Shown: piece after piece, positions 19,340 through 30,127 of the stretch | Layout of the letters: each line of letters opens with the position of its first letter | Numbering within the stretch: the first letter of the stretch is position 1 | Source: an archaeon | Lineage (GTDB): Archaea; Hydrothermarchaeota; Hydrothermarchaeia; JALTZZ01 | NCBI GenBank assembly: GCA_027051165.1 | Contig: JALTZZ010000048.1 | Coordinates: 1-62,927, forward strand | DNA: 62,927 nt | Direction of reading: 5' to 3' | Notes under the pieces: generated by a model | The model's input: the letters and a program-made list of their open reading frames with translations, nothing else | What the model was told of the DNA's origin: nothing | The model's database searches: none | Translations under genes and position numbers: made by a program

Positions 19340-19990
19340 ATGAAGGTTGGTATTAATATTATTGCAAGAGATAGAAAAGGCTTGCTTAGAGATGTATCAT
19401 CAATAATAACGAAGCACGGTGCTAACATTACCTATGCACACCTCTTTTTAAAAAACTCCACTGCAAATATATATTTTGAAATAGAGGATTTTGATGATTT
19501 AAATAAGCTACTTGAAGAATTAAAAAATGTAGAGAACGTTGAAAAGGTGGAGATTTCTAGGTCTTTTGAGGAAATTTATGGGAAGAGGGTAATTGTAATA
19601 GGTGGCGGAGCTCAGGTTTCTCAGGTGGTTTTGGGTGCGGTTACAGAAGCTGATAGACATAACCTAAGGGGAGAGAGAATTAGCGTAGACACAATACCGC
19701 TTGTTGGAGAGGAAAGCATTGCCGAAGCGGTAAAAGCTGTTGCGAGGCTTCCAAGGGCAAAGATACTCGTCTTAGCGGGTTCTCTCATGGGTGGCAAGAT
19801 AACCGAAGCCGTAAAGGAGCTTAGAGAAAAGCACAACATACCAGTGGTATCGCTCAACATGGCTGGAAGTGTCCCTAAGGTAGCGGATCTCGTTGTTACC
19901 GATCCAGTGCAGGCTGGAGTAATGGCTGTAATGGCTATCGCTGAAACCGCAAAGTTCAATCTTGATAAGGTAAAGGGGAGAAAGTTTTAG
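19340..19990 (+). CDS. ACT-domain protein with conserved archaeal C-terminal domain (DUF5612-like)
   Basis: ACT motif [11 protein letters not shown]...GANI; [39 protein letters not shown]; start taken at ATG 19340. Confidence 0.85.
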   Translation: MKVGINIIARDRKGLLRDVSSIITKHGANITYAHLFLKNSTANIYFEIEDFDDLNKLLEELKNVENVEKVEISRSFEEIYGKRVIVIGGGAQVSQVVLGAVTEADRHNLRGERISVDTIPLVGEESIAEAVKAVARLPRAKILVLAGSLMGGKITEAVKELREKHNIPVVSLNMAGSVPKVADLVVTDPVQAGVMAVMAIAETAKFNLDKVKGRKF

Positions 19991-21462
19991 AACTTTTTAA
20001 GTTCTTTTATTCTTTCTTCAACTTTTCTCAAAAGCTTACCTTTGGCAAGTTTTTTAGCCTCCAAATAGTGTTTTAAAGCTTTATTTTCATCACCCTTCTC
20101 TAAATAGACATTTCCTATAGATACCAGCGTTTTGACAAAATTTAGCTTATCTCCAATGCTTTTGAAGATGTTTAATGCTTTTTTATAATATTCCAAAGCT
20201 TTACTAAGATCGCCTTTTACAAAGTATAGGTTTCCGATATTTAAGTAACTAATAGCAATACCTCTCTTTCTTCCAAGCTCTTTATTTATTTTTAAAGCTT
20301 TTCTATAATAATATAGAGATTTTTTAAATGCACCCATATTAAAATAAATATTGCCAATACCGATATATACAACCGCTATAACTTCTTTATTTTTAATTTT
20401 TCTTGAAATTTTTAAAGCTTTTTCATAATATTCTAAAGCTTTATCTACTTTCTCAAATTTATTATATACATTTCCAATATTTACATACAACATTGCCAGA
20501 ATATCTTTGGAGTCCTCTAAATCTTTTGTCAACTTTAAAGCTTTTTCAAAGAAATCAAGCGCCTTTTTAAAGTTTCTTTTTTCCATATATATTACGCCAA
20601 TATTTAAAAGACTTGTAATAATACCATCTAAATAATCTATTTTCATGCTAAGATTTAAAGCTTTTTCAGTATATCTCAAGGCTTTGTTTAAATTACCCTT
20701 AACTTTATAAATATATCCAAGATTTATATAACAAATTACAATATATGATTTCTCATCTAATTTTTCGGCTATCTTTAAGGCTTCATTGAAAAATTCCAGT
20801 GCCTTGTCTGAATTTCCTAAATAATCATAAATAATTCCAAGCTGATTAAGAATATCAAACTTTAACCTCTCGTTCTTTACTTTCTTGAGCATTTCTTCGT
20901 GAATTCTTTTTCTTCTCAGTAGGTCTTCTTTGCTTTCATAAGTCAACGGTGCAGTCAAAATTTCAAGAGCATAAGAAGAAACTTCATCTCTAAATTCAAT
21001 TTCATAAATATTTCCACGATACCTCCAGAAATCTGGAGCTTCCTTTATAATTTTTTCTAAAAAGGCATAATTTATAAAAATTAAGCTTGGAACTCTTATT
21101 CTATAAAAAAGCTCTCTAAAGTTGTTCAAAGCATTTAGAATATCTTTTTTTGGTTCTTCTGGTGTAAGCCATACAAGAACATCAGCATCTCTTTCAATTT
21201 CATTTTTTAAGATTTCTATAATCTGGTTACCGTTTTTGATCTTAATTACTTCAACATTGAAATGGCTTCTGAGCAAATTAATTATTTTCTCTCTATAGAG
21301 GATAGAATTGACAACACACAGAATAATATTTCCTCTACCTTTTGAAATTTCAAGTTCAGTAACTATAGTATCAATCTCTTCTATACTCTTCAAAATTTTC
21401 TTTTCATTTCTTTTTTCCACCTTTTCAGAAGTGGCAACAGTATTGGATTTACATCGCACCAC
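19987..21462 (-). CDS. Tetratricopeptide-repeat protein with an N-terminal degenerate NTPase-like domain
   Basis: About 7 TPRs (NLGYIY...KAL.Y.EKAL); N-terminal LNNFRE...APDFWRYR segment; true start may be the GTG near 21420. Confidence 0.85.
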   Translation of the reverse strand: MVRCKSNTVATSEKVEKRNEKKILKSIEEIDTIVTELEISKGRGNIILCVVNSILYREKIINLLRSHFNVEVIKIKNGNQIIEILKNEIERDADVLVWLTPEEPKKDILNALNNFRELFYRIRVPSLIFINYAFLEKIIKEAPDFWRYRGNIYEIEFRDEVSSYALEILTAPLTYESKEDLLRRKRIHEEMLKKVKNERLKFDILNQLGIIYDYLGNSDKALEFFNEALKIAEKLDEKSYIVICYINLGYIYKVKGNLNKALRYTEKALNLSMKIDYLDGIITSLLNIGVIYMEKRNFKKALDFFEKALKLTKDLEDSKDILAMLYVNIGNVYNKFEKVDKALEYYEKALKISRKIKNKEVIAVVYIGIGNIYFNMGAFKKSLYYYRKALKINKELGRKRGIAISYLNIGNLYFVKGDLSKALEYYKKALNIFKSIGDKLNFVKTLVSIGNVYLEKGDENKALKHYLEAKKLAKGKLLRKVEERIKELKKF

Positions 21463-22679
21463 CTACCCTCCTTATCTTCATACTCAACAGCGGTTAAGCT
21501 GAAAAGAAGCTCTCTTGTAATAGTATCGCTGATATCCCTATCTCTTGCCTCTTTTCTTTCATGTATCTCTATAAGCCTTTTCTTATGTTCTTCTGTTATT
21601 GTTCTGTCATAAATTCTTCTAAGTTTTTCTAAAGATTCTCTAATCTCTTCGGATGTTATTTTAGTTTTCTTGTTTCGGTAAGCTTTTATTGCTGAATCCC
21701 TTATTATGGAAATAAATTCTCCAAGTTTTCCAGTTGATATTATTGCCTCTTCCAAAGCATCCTCATCAATAAGACTCAAATCCATTCTTTTTTCTGCAAC
21801 CCTCTTATAGAATTTTAAGTTTTCTTTGATAATATTGCCTTTTCTATCTTTTATAGGATGTTGTGGAAGTATAAAGCATCCATCAAAGCTCTGTCTTACG
21901 TTTTCAAAAAAAGGATTGAATGCAAGCGGCACTGGAAATGTATATATAACAAAACAGTTTGGCTTGAGGAGCAGAGAATAATTTTTATAGAAAAATTCAT
22001 CAGCCTGCTCACCACGAGTAAGCTTGTCGAGATCGTCTATTATAACAACAACACGTTTATCTGATTCATTTTCGATTTCTTCTATAAGAATGTTTTGCCT
22101 CTGTATCAATTCGCTGATTCTTGTTCTTAACTCTTTTCTTACATATTTCCTTGTCTCTGCTTCTCGTCCTATTTTAAGAATAAGAAATTTTGAAAATGTC
22201 AACCCAAAACCCTTGGTTTCTTTGATCTCCCTCTCCTCCACTCTTGTAATTTTCATCATAAATTTTTTGAAATCTCTCTTTAAATCCTTCATTATTTCAA
22301 TTTCCATTTCTTCTGCAGTCTCATAAATTTTTAAAGCCATAGAGGCGAAAAAATCTCGGACATCAAAATCGTTAACATCTAAAATATCTCTTACAGAATA
22401 TTTAATAATTATAAATCTATTCTTATTAAGAAGTTTAAGTGATAATTTATTAAGTTCTGTGCTCTTTCCGCTTCCTCTAAAACCAAGAAAAAGATATTTT
22501 TCTTTTCTTATAGAATTTTCAATTCTATCTCTAATTTCCTCAACAATTTGAGCTTCTTTGGATCTTTCAACATAAAACTCTTTAAACTCCTCTTCTGTTT
22601 TTAAAGGTTCTACGACAAAGTTGTTGTAGACTTCAACCAAATTTTTAGCTCTCGGCATTCTTTTCTTCCTCCTCATCAT
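21390..22679 (-). CDS. P-loop NTPase (AAA/KAP-like), partner of the downstream TPR gene
   Basis: Walker A GFRGSGKSTE, Walker B VVIIDDLDK, C-terminal WCDVNPIL; overlaps the TPR gene. Confidence 0.82.
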   Translation of the reverse strand: MMRRKKRMPRAKNLVEVYNNFVVEPLKTEEEFKEFYVERSKEAQIVEEIRDRIENSIRKEKYLFLGFRGSGKSTELNKLSLKLLNKNRFIIIKYSVRDILDVNDFDVRDFFASMALKIYETAEEMEIEIMKDLKRDFKKFMMKITRVEEREIKETKGFGLTFSKFLILKIGREAETRKYVRKELRTRISELIQRQNILIEEIENESDKRVVVIIDDLDKLTRGEQADEFFYKNYSLLLKPNCFVIYTFPVPLAFNPFFENVRQSFDGCFILPQHPIKDRKGNIIKENLKFYKRVAEKRMDLSLIDEDALEEAIISTGKLGEFISIIRDSAIKAYRNKKTKITSEEIRESLEKLRRIYDRTITEEHKKRLIEIHERKEARDRDISDTITRELLFSLTAVEYEDKEGRWCDVNPILLPLLKRWKKEMKRKF

Positions 22680-22715
22680 ATATTTAGTTTTTATAGTTTA
22701 TATCTATAACGGCTT

Positions 22716-23894
22716 ATGAACAATATACTGAATAATGCTATGCGTAAACAAGCAAAACTTTTAAATAAAATTTCATTAAACCATAGTATAATGCTGAGCT
22801 TAGAAGTTTTGAAAGATAGCGATATATTTGATATTTATAAAAAAATAGAAAATGGAGAAAATTTAACAAAAAAAGACGGCTATGCCTTAATTAAAAGCAG
22901 CGATATAATTTCATTAGGTATTATTGCAGATAAAATAAGGGAGAGAAGCTGCGGCGATGAAGTTACATTTGTTTTAAACAGACACATCAACTATACCAAT
23001 ATATGCACAAGCAGGTGCAAGTTCTGTGCTTTTTACAAAGATAAAGAGAATGGATATACGCTTAGCGTTGAAGAAATTTTAAAAAAAGTTGATGAAAGCA
23101 TTAAGCTTGGTATAACAGAGCTTCATATTGTGGGAGCTTTAAATCCAGATATCGAGTTTGAATACTATGAGGAAATGCTTAAAAGAATTAAAGAAAGATA
23201 TCCGCAGATTCAGATAAAAGCCTTCAGTGCGGTTGAGATAGATTTCTTTTCAAAGATATATAATATGAGCTATAGGGAAGTTCTTGAAAGATTGAAGGAT
23301 GCCGGCTTAGATTTTTTACCCGGAGGAGGTGCGGAAATACTTGACGATGAACTCAGAAAAGAACTATGCCCAAATAAGGCAAGCAGCAAAGCATGGCTCA
23401 AAGTCATGGAAACCGCTCACAAGCTTGGAATAAAAACGAATGCAACAATGCTCTATGGACATATAGAAAAGCCTGAGCATAGGATTGATCATATTTTCAA
23501 AATCATAGAGCTGCAGAAAAAAACAAAAGGCTTTCTTGCATTTATTCCATTAAGCTTTCATCCAAAGAATACTGAGCTTGAAGATGTCGTTAAATACGAG
23601 GTTGGTGGAGTTGAAGATTTAAAGGTTATAGCAGTTTCAAGAATACTTCTCGACAGATATATAAAAAACATCAGAGCTTATTGGGTAATGCTTGGAAAAA
23701 AGCTTACACAGGTTGCTTTACACTATGGAGCAAACGATATAGATGGAACCGTTATAGAAGAAAACGTATTTCATTCAGCTGGTGCTAAAGAGAGGTTCAT
23801 GCCTATGGATGAACTAATAAGGCTTATTAAAGAAGCTGGAAGAATTCCAGTTCAGAGAACAACAGACTATAAAATTATAAGGAGATTCTCATGA
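22716..23894 (+). CDS. mqnE: Radical SAM aminofutalosine synthase (CofH/MqnE family)
   Basis: INYTNICTSRCKFCAF, LPGGGAEI, NATMLYGHIE, AFIPLSFHP, AYWVMLG; adjacent to mqnA; true start probably downstream (about 22791). Confidence 0.85.
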   Translation: MNNILNNAMRKQAKLLNKISLNHSIMLSLEVLKDSDIFDIYKKIENGENLTKKDGYALIKSSDIISLGIIADKIRERSCGDEVTFVLNRHINYTNICTSRCKFCAFYKDKENGYTLSVEEILKKVDESIKLGITELHIVGALNPDIEFEYYEEMLKRIKERYPQIQIKAFSAVEIDFFSKIYNMSYREVLERLKDAGLDFLPGGGAEILDDELRKELCPNKASSKAWLKVMETAHKLGIKTNATMLYGHIEKPEHRIDHIFKIIELQKKTKGFLAFIPLSFHPKNTELEDVVKYEVGGVEDLKVIAVSRILLDRYIKNIRAYWVMLGKKLTQVALHYGANDIDGTVIEENVFHSAGAKERFMPMDELIRLIKEAGRIPVQRTTDYKIIRRFS

Positions 23895-24694
23895 AAATAA
23901 ATTTAAAGATTGGAAGAACACACTTTAGAAATACAGAATTTATATACGTTCCCCTTGAAAAAGTTGTTAAAGTAGATTATACTTTTGCTCATCCACCAGA
24001 GCTTGCACATCTCTTAAAAAAGGGAAAATTAGATATAGCACCAGTTTCTTCGATATTTTACTCTAAAGAATTTCTTATATTTCCCGATTTCTGCATATCC
24101 GCTAAGGGTTCTACAAAGAGCATTTTAATTTTTTCTGATAAGGTGAAGAGGCTTGAGGATATAAAGAAGCTTGCAACTCCCTATAATTCCGCAAGTTCCG
24201 TAGCTCTTGCCCAAATTCTGTTCAAAATTATGGGAATAAATTTAAAGATCATAAAGAATATGGAGCCCAGCCTTAAAGATATGCTCAAAGTAGCCGATGC
24301 CGCTCTGCTGATAGGCGACGATGCCCTTATTGCGAGCGAGAAATACAATGCAATAGCTGACTTAGGTGATATATGGTATGATATTACAGGAAAAAAGATG
24401 GTATATGCTCTATGGCTCATAAATAAAGATCTTTATGCAGAAAATAAAGAGAGAGAATTTAAGATTCTTCTTGAAAGCTTTAAAAAAGCTATAAGTTATG
24501 CATATAAAAATTTCGACGAAGTTTTAAATATAATATCAAATGGAATAGATATAAATATTCTTAAGGAGCATATAAAAAGGATAGATTATAGGCTCGACGA
24601 TAGGGCTTTGGAGGGGCTAAAGGAATATTTAAGACTTGCAGAAGAAGCTGGAATAAAAAGGCATGCTCCAGAGATAGAAATTTTAAAGCTTTAG
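23891..24694 (+). CDS. mqnA: Chorismate dehydratase (futalosine pathway)
   Basis: LDIAPVSSI, SASSVAL, AALLIGDDAL, DLGDIWYDITG. Confidence 0.85.
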   Translation: MKINLKIGRTHFRNTEFIYVPLEKVVKVDYTFAHPPELAHLLKKGKLDIAPVSSIFYSKEFLIFPDFCISAKGSTKSILIFSDKVKRLEDIKKLATPYNSASSVALAQILFKIMGINLKIIKNMEPSLKDMLKVADAALLIGDDALIASEKYNAIADLGDIWYDITGKKMVYALWLINKDLYAENKEREFKILLESFKKAISYAYKNFDEVLNIISNGIDINILKEHIKRIDYRLDDRALEGLKEYLRLAEEAGIKRHAPEIEILKL

Positions 24695-24706
24695 AGGGGT
24701 TTTGTA

Positions 24707-26425
24707 ATGCTCGATATTAACAAATATCTAATAATAGCTCTCGTTGCATTTTTCGCAATATATTTTGCTCCCGTAGATGCTGGTGGAAACGTTGTAAAAG
24801 TTAGCGATGGTAGGGGTGTTGTTGTCGAGAATAAGCTTGTTGTAGTGGATGAGGATGGATATATAAAAACCTCAGATGGCAAGTTCCTTTTAACAGAAGA
24901 TGGATATAAACTAATAGTTGGTGGAAAAGACAAAGAAAAAGTTTTTGTTTTTAAGGATAAAATTTTTAGAACGATTGTTACAGACAGCGGCATGCAAATA
25001 GTAGCAGAAGATGGAAGGAGAATCTATGAGCACAATGGAAATATAATAACCCAAGATTTTAAAAAAGTAATAACTGAGGATGGAAAATTGGTAAAATCGG
25101 GCGAAAGGGCTATTTTATCAAGAAACGGTAAAATAATAATCGCTATAATGATTTTTGCTTTAATACTTTTTTTAACAGAGGCTATACCATTACCAGCGGT
25201 TGCACTTCTTATAGGTATCTTTCAGGTATTCTTTATGAAGTCTAATCCGAACGATGTTGCAAAAAGCTTCTTCAACGACAGCGTATTTTTTATAATGGGA
25301 AGCTTGATGATTGCAAAAGCATTCGTAAAGCAAGGCATTGACAAAAGAATTGCCCTTGCTATCCTCAAAAGAACAGGAACAAAGGTAGATAGCGTTGTTA
25401 CGGGCATTGTTGCATCTACAGCTATATTAGCTGCTTTTATAGCCGATCATACCGTTGCGGCAATGTTCCTTCCAATAGGAATCGCTCTTACTGTAAACAG
25501 CGGAAGCGGGTTGAAAAATCTTGGAAAACTTCTAATGTTCGCCATAGCATACGGCTGCGCCATCGGTGGTCCGGGAACTCCGAGCGGAGGTGCAAGAAAC
25601 GTTATTGTAATAGAATACTGGAAGGAGCTCTTTGGATTCAATATGAGTTACGGATTATGGCTTTTATTTTCTTTCCCCTTTGTTCTTATAATGATACCTC
25701 TTACGGCAAAAGTTCTCAACATAGTTTTTAAACCAGAGGTTAAAAATCTTTCAAGAGCTATGGAGACCATAAGAGAAGAGCTTAAGAATAAGCCTATGTC
25801 GAGGAACGAAAAGCTTGCAATAGCACTTTTTGCGACAATTCTCCTAATGTGGATTACTCTGAGCACTAAGTTTGGTTTGGGAACCATAGCACTTTTTGGA
25901 GCTCTCTTATTCCTCATTTTTAGGCTTGCTGAATGGAAGGATTTCAACAGAATAGATTGGGGAGTTGTTCTCCTATACGCTGGTGCTATGAGTCTTGGGT
26001 TGGCAATGATAAATACGGGTGCGGCAAGATGGATAGCGGAGAACTTCCTTGAAATATTAAGTAGATACGGATTAGCAACTGAGCTTGGACTATCACTTGC
26101 AACCGCTCTTTTAGTTGGAGCAATGACGAATACTATGAGCAATGCTGCTGCTGTAGCAGTTACAAGTCCGATAACGATGAACATGGCATCTTTAGCCGAT
26201 ATAAGTGTGGTTTATATAGGTCTGGTAACCTCTATAAGCTCTGCATTTGCATACCTCATGGTTATAGCCACCCCACCAAATGCGATAGTATATTCTTCTG
26301 GCTACCTAAAGCCTATAGATTTTCTAAAAGCTGGATTTATCATGTTCTTTATATCAATGCTTGTCTTAATAGTAATGATAAAGGTTTGGTGGCCCTTTGT
26401 TAGTCTAATTACGGGGGTGATTTAA
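24707..26425 (+). CDS. DASS/SLC13 family anion:sodium symporter with an inserted beta-rich extracytoplasmic domain
   Basis: TEAIPLPA, GGPGTPSGGARN, IDWGVVLLYAG, MSNAAA, ATPPNAIVYSSGY. Confidence 0.9.
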   Translation: MLDINKYLIIALVAFFAIYFAPVDAGGNVVKVSDGRGVVVENKLVVVDEDGYIKTSDGKFLLTEDGYKLIVGGKDKEKVFVFKDKIFRTIVTDSGMQIVAEDGRRIYEHNGNIITQDFKKVITEDGKLVKSGERAILSRNGKIIIAIMIFALILFLTEAIPLPAVALLIGIFQVFFMKSNPNDVAKSFFNDSVFFIMGSLMIAKAFVKQGIDKRIALAILKRTGTKVDSVVTGIVASTAILAAFIADHTVAAMFLPIGIALTVNSGSGLKNLGKLLMFAIAYGCAIGGPGTPSGGARNVIVIEYWKELFGFNMSYGLWLLFSFPFVLIMIPLTAKVLNIVFKPEVKNLSRAMETIREELKNKPMSRNEKLAIALFATILLMWITLSTKFGLGTIALFGALLFLIFRLAEWKDFNRIDWGVVLLYAGAMSLGLAMINTGAARWIAENFLEILSRYGLATELGLSLATALLVGAMTNTMSNAAAVAVTSPITMNMASLADISVVYIGLVTSISSAFAYLMVIATPPNAIVYSSGYLKPIDFLKAGFIMFFISMLVLIVMIKVWWPFVSLITGVI

Positions 26426-27136
26426 ATTAAGTTTCTCATATGCGTTGCAGATAGCGATAAGGCATACAACGCGGTTAGGATGGGTGGTGAGATAGCAAAA
26501 AAGCTCAACTCCGATATAACACTCCTTCATATAATCGAAAAGCCAATCTCGGTATATGAAATAGAATCAACAAAGGAAATTCTTGAGGAATGGGGAATAG
26601 ATTTCTCCGCCATAGTATGTTTAAAAAAAGCTAAGAGCATATTAAAAGAAATTGGATACAGAGCTGTGATAAAAAATAAAAAAGAAGAAATAGCTCACGA
26701 AATAAAACCCGGTGTATATGAAATTCTTGAAGAAGAAATAAAAAGAAAGTTGATAATAAAGGTTAGAGAGGGAAAACTTTATGAAGAAATCTTAAAAGAA
26801 GTCAAAGATATTAGCTATGACTATCTCTTTATAGGAAAAAGCAGAAGAGCGGGATTAAAAAGGAAAATTTTCAAAAGTAGATCAGAAGCTATAGCAAAAA
26901 AAGTTAATATACCTGTATTTATAATTACAAAGAGCACAAAAATAGAAAAAATAGGTATTGACAATAATGTTAAAGATTTTGGGCTTGAATTTTCAGCAAA
27001 AATCAACGTTGAAAGTGAAACAAAAGATTTTGATTATCTAATTGAAAATTATGAAAGATACGATATTGTTGTAACAGAAAAAAAGAAAATAAAATCTTTT
27101 GAAGAAAAAACAGAGGCAAATATTCTCGTTGTTTAG
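26426..27136 (+). CDS. Universal stress protein (USP); probable non-canonical ATT start at 26426
   Basis: In-frame upstream extension IKFLICVADSDKAYNAVRMG supplies the USP first beta strand; ITLLHI, KVREG, and SEAIAKKVNIPVFII. Confidence 0.75.
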   Translation: MKFLICVADSDKAYNAVRMGGEIAKKLNSDITLLHIIEKPISVYEIESTKEILEEWGIDFSAIVCLKKAKSILKEIGYRAVIKNKKEEIAHEIKPGVYEILEEEIKRKLIIKVREGKLYEEILKEVKDISYDYLFIGKSRRAGLKRKIFKSRSEAIAKKVNIPVFIITKSTKIEKIGIDNNVKDFGLEFSAKINVESETKDFDYLIENYERYDIVVTEKKKIKSFEEKTEANILVV

Positions 27137-27312
27137 TTTTTTATTTATTCTACTCATCAATTTTATTGTTTTGCTTATCAGAAAGCGCCTGCACATGTAA
27201 AAATAGATAATTAAAAATAAATACTGAATTACAGAGTTACAATCCTCAAAGTAAGCGACTATTAAAAATGGAGATTAATTTATTTTACTTTGTTAGGTGT
27301 TGCATTAATAAC

Positions 27313-28611
27313 ATGACACTTGAAAAGCTCAGCGAAAGCCTTACAAAAGTTGTTAAAAAGATCACCTTTGCAACATTTATAGATGAAAAGTTCGTTAAAG
27401 AGATTATTAGAGATATACAGAGAGCATTGCTCAGTGCTGATGTAAATGTTAGACTCGTTTTTGAGCTTTCAAAAAGAATAGAGGAGAGAGCTTTAAAAGA
27501 AAAGCCGAAAGGTTTGGGTAAGAAAGAGCATGTTCTGAGAATACTTTATGAAGAACTCGTAAAACTTGTTGGTAAGAAGAAGGAAATACCCCTAAAAGCT
27601 AAGATAATGCTTGTAGGGATTCAGGGCTCTGGAAAAACAACAACCGTAGCTAAGCTTGCAAAGTTTTATTTGAAAAAAGGGCTTAAGCCTTGTGTGGTTG
27701 CATGCGATACATACAGACCAGCGGCATTTGAACAGCTTCAGCAGCTTTTAGAACCTATAAACGTTAAACTGTTTGGTTCTGCAGATGCAAAAGATCCTTT
27801 GAAGGTGCTCAAGGAAAGTCTTGAGAAGGTAAGGAAATATGATGTTGTAATCGTTGATACAGCTGGAAGACATAAAAGTGAGAAAGAACTTTTTGATGAA
27901 ATGAAAAAACTGGCTGAGATTCTAAAACCTGATGAGAAGTTCCTTGTAATAGACTCGACTATAGGACAAAGAGCTAGAGAACAGGCTAAGGCTTTTCACG
28001 AAGCTATAGGCATAACGGGCGTTATACTTACGAAGCTCGATGGCTCAGCTAAGGGAGGAGGTGCACTTAGCGCTGTTGCTGAAACTGGAGCTCCAATAGT
28101 TTTTATAGGAACTGGTGAAAAAATAGATGATTTTGAGCCTTTTGATCCGGACAGATTCATCTCAAGGCTTTTGGGAATGGGAGACTTGCGGAGTCTTATG
28201 GAGAAGGTTAAGGAAGTTGCAAAGGAGAAGGACTTTGAAAGCATATTAAAGGGGGATTTCACGCTCTTAGACCTTCAAGAACAGCTTGAAGGTATATCAA
28301 AGCTTGGAAAGCTTGGAAGCATTATAAAAATGATCCCCGGAATAAGCATGATGTTAAGTAAGGAACATATAGACTTAACAGAAAAGAAAATAAAGAAATA
28401 TTTAACTATTTTGAATTCCATGACTATTGAAGAGAGATTGAATCCAAAAATACTAAACTCTTCGAGAATAAGGAGAATAGCCATGGGTTCTGGAACGAGC
28501 ATCGAAGAAGTAAGAGAACTTATAAACTACTATAAAACTATGAAAAAAGCTATAAGAAGCTTTAGAAGAGGTGCTTTTAGAGGAAGATTTCCATTTAAGA
28601 TTAAAATCTAA
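27313..28611 (+). CDS. srp54: Signal recognition particle protein SRP54
   Basis: [40 protein letters not shown]-domain [11 protein letters not shown]; start at ATG 27313. Confidence 0.97.
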   Translation: MTLEKLSESLTKVVKKITFATFIDEKFVKEIIRDIQRALLSADVNVRLVFELSKRIEERALKEKPKGLGKKEHVLRILYEELVKLVGKKKEIPLKAKIMLVGIQGSGKTTTVAKLAKFYLKKGLKPCVVACDTYRPAAFEQLQQLLEPINVKLFGSADAKDPLKVLKESLEKVRKYDVVIVDTAGRHKSEKELFDEMKKLAEILKPDEKFLVIDSTIGQRAREQAKAFHEAIGITGVILTKLDGSAKGGGALSAVAETGAPIVFIGTGEKIDDFEPFDPDRFISRLLGMGDLRSLMEKVKEVAKEKDFESILKGDFTLLDLQEQLEGISKLGKLGSIIKMIPGISMMLSKEHIDLTEKKIKKYLTILNSMTIEERLNPKILNSSRIRRIAMGSGTSIEEVRELINYYKTMKKAIRSFRRGAFRGRFPFKIKI

Positions 28612-28626
28612 TTATAGATGCAGAAC

Positions 28627-29020
28627 CTAAATAAATGAGTGTAGATTTCTGCTCTGAATATAAACGGTTCCCTTTCCAGATAATTCAACGACTAAATTCT
28701 GAGCTCTGAAATGCTGTTCTAAAAACACTTATACTTTTAATCTTAGCCCGTGTGTGAACGCTACAAGATGTCCAGCACCTACAATAATTTTTTCATTTTT
28801 GAGCTCTCTTTTGATTAAGCTTCCAAAACCTGATAAAAATACATTTCCATACCCTCTAAGCTTTAGCAGAAAGATCCCTTCTTTCGAAAATACTGTTCTA
28901 ATGCTACCGACTTCCGTATCTACCTCTACATCACCGCCCACTGCTAAAAAATCGTGGTGCTCTCTATCTCCAAGATACGGAGGAGCTAAAGTTACAGTTT
29001 TTTATAATTCTGTATTTCAT
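28627..29020 (-). pseudogene. AIM24/TIGR00266-family pseudogene (internally deleted and frameshifted)
   Basis: Fragments MKYRII, VTLAPPYLGD, EGIFLLKLRGYGNVFLSGFG, GHLVAF and SGKGTVYIQSRN in different frames. Confidence 0.7.
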
Positions 29021-29065
29021 TAGAAAATCCTGAATTGTTGTGGAATTATTTTTCGACTTTTGAAT

Positions 29066-29479
29066 TTACTTTGGACAGCACTCACCACGTGGTATTGGTT
29101 TGCCGTGTGGACACTCTTTCGGGTGGTTTAAGAGCGTGCATATCGCATCTGCAATTTCGCTTGATATTGTGTGCTCCATTCTGCATACAACCTCCTCGTC
29201 AACGCTTACCTTTAAGACCCTGTCGAGAAGAACCTCAACGAGTCTGTGGTTTCTAACAATTCTTTCTGCTTCTTTAATGCCAGCATCTGTCAGCTTGGCT
29301 CCGTCTCTTGTATATTCTATTAACCCAAAGGACTCCAGCTTTCTGAACATCTCCACAACGCTTGCTGGAGTTATTTTTAGTGCCTCAGCCATCTCCTTAA
29401 CTCTGACAATATCCTTACCCTCTTCAAGAAAGACGTATAAGGCTTCAAGATACTCTTCAACGCTTTCGCTCAGCTTCAT
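29066..29479 (-). CDS. DtxR/MntR-family metal-dependent transcriptional regulator
   Basis: SVEEYLEALY, HTH ASVVEM, RNHRLVEVLL, CRMEH, CPHGKPIP. Confidence 0.93.
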   Translation of the reverse strand: MKLSESVEEYLEALYVFLEEGKDIVRVKEMAEALKITPASVVEMFRKLESFGLIEYTRDGAKLTDAGIKEAERIVRNHRLVEVLLDRVLKVSVDEEVVCRMEHTISSEIADAICTLLNHPKECPHGKPIPRGECCPK

Positions 29480-29487
29480 AATCCCAC

Positions 29488-30123
29488 CTAATCAAGAGGC
29501 TTTACGTAAATGCTTTTTGCTACCTCTCTGTCGAATGATATAAGAGAACTTCCGAGCTTTATTGTAAAGCTTGGAAATTTTTGCTTAAGCTCAACAACTC
29601 TCTTCGGCTGAAGACCGAGTGAGGAAAACCTCTCAAGCAGACTCTTATCTTTTATTAATGTATATACTATTTCGGCTTTCTTCCCTATCTCAAGCTCTTG
29701 AAGCGGTATTATAATTGATTTAACCTCTTTTGTATACTTTAGACAGCATTCCCCGCGAGGTATCTCTTTTCCATGCGGACAAAGAGCTGGGTGCCCTAAG
29801 AACGTGCATATCTTATCCGTAAGCTCTTCATCAATTATATGCTCAAATTTGCATGCAAATCCCTCGGAAGCCTCTTTTTCAACATCGAAAACTGTGGTTA
29901 AAAGAACTTCTGCAAGTCTGTGTCTTCTTATTATTTTTTTAGCTATTTTTCTTCCTCTGCCTATGAGTTTTATTTCCCCGTTTCCCTTTATTTTTATATA
30001 ACCCTCTCTTACAAGCCTTTCAAGAATATCCTTATCAAATACCTTTAAAAAATTTTCCACAGTATTTTCTTCCTGTTCTTCAAGAACCCATATATATTCA
30101 AGAGCTTCTTCAATAATTTCCAC
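29488..30123 (-). CDS. DtxR-family regulator with C-terminal FeoA domain
   Basis: RRHRLAEVLL, ACKFEH, CPHGKEIP, then FeoA-like LQELEIGKKAEI...SLGLQP. Confidence 0.9.
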   Translation of the reverse strand: MEIIEEALEYIWVLEEQEENTVENFLKVFDKDILERLVREGYIKIKGNGEIKLIGRGRKIAKKIIRRHRLAEVLLTTVFDVEKEASEGFACKFEHIIDEELTDKICTFLGHPALCPHGKEIPRGECCLKYTKEVKSIIIPLQELEIGKKAEIVYTLIKDKSLLERFSSLGLQPKRVVELKQKFPSFTIKLGSSLISFDREVAKSIYVKPLD

Positions 30124-30127
30124 AACA

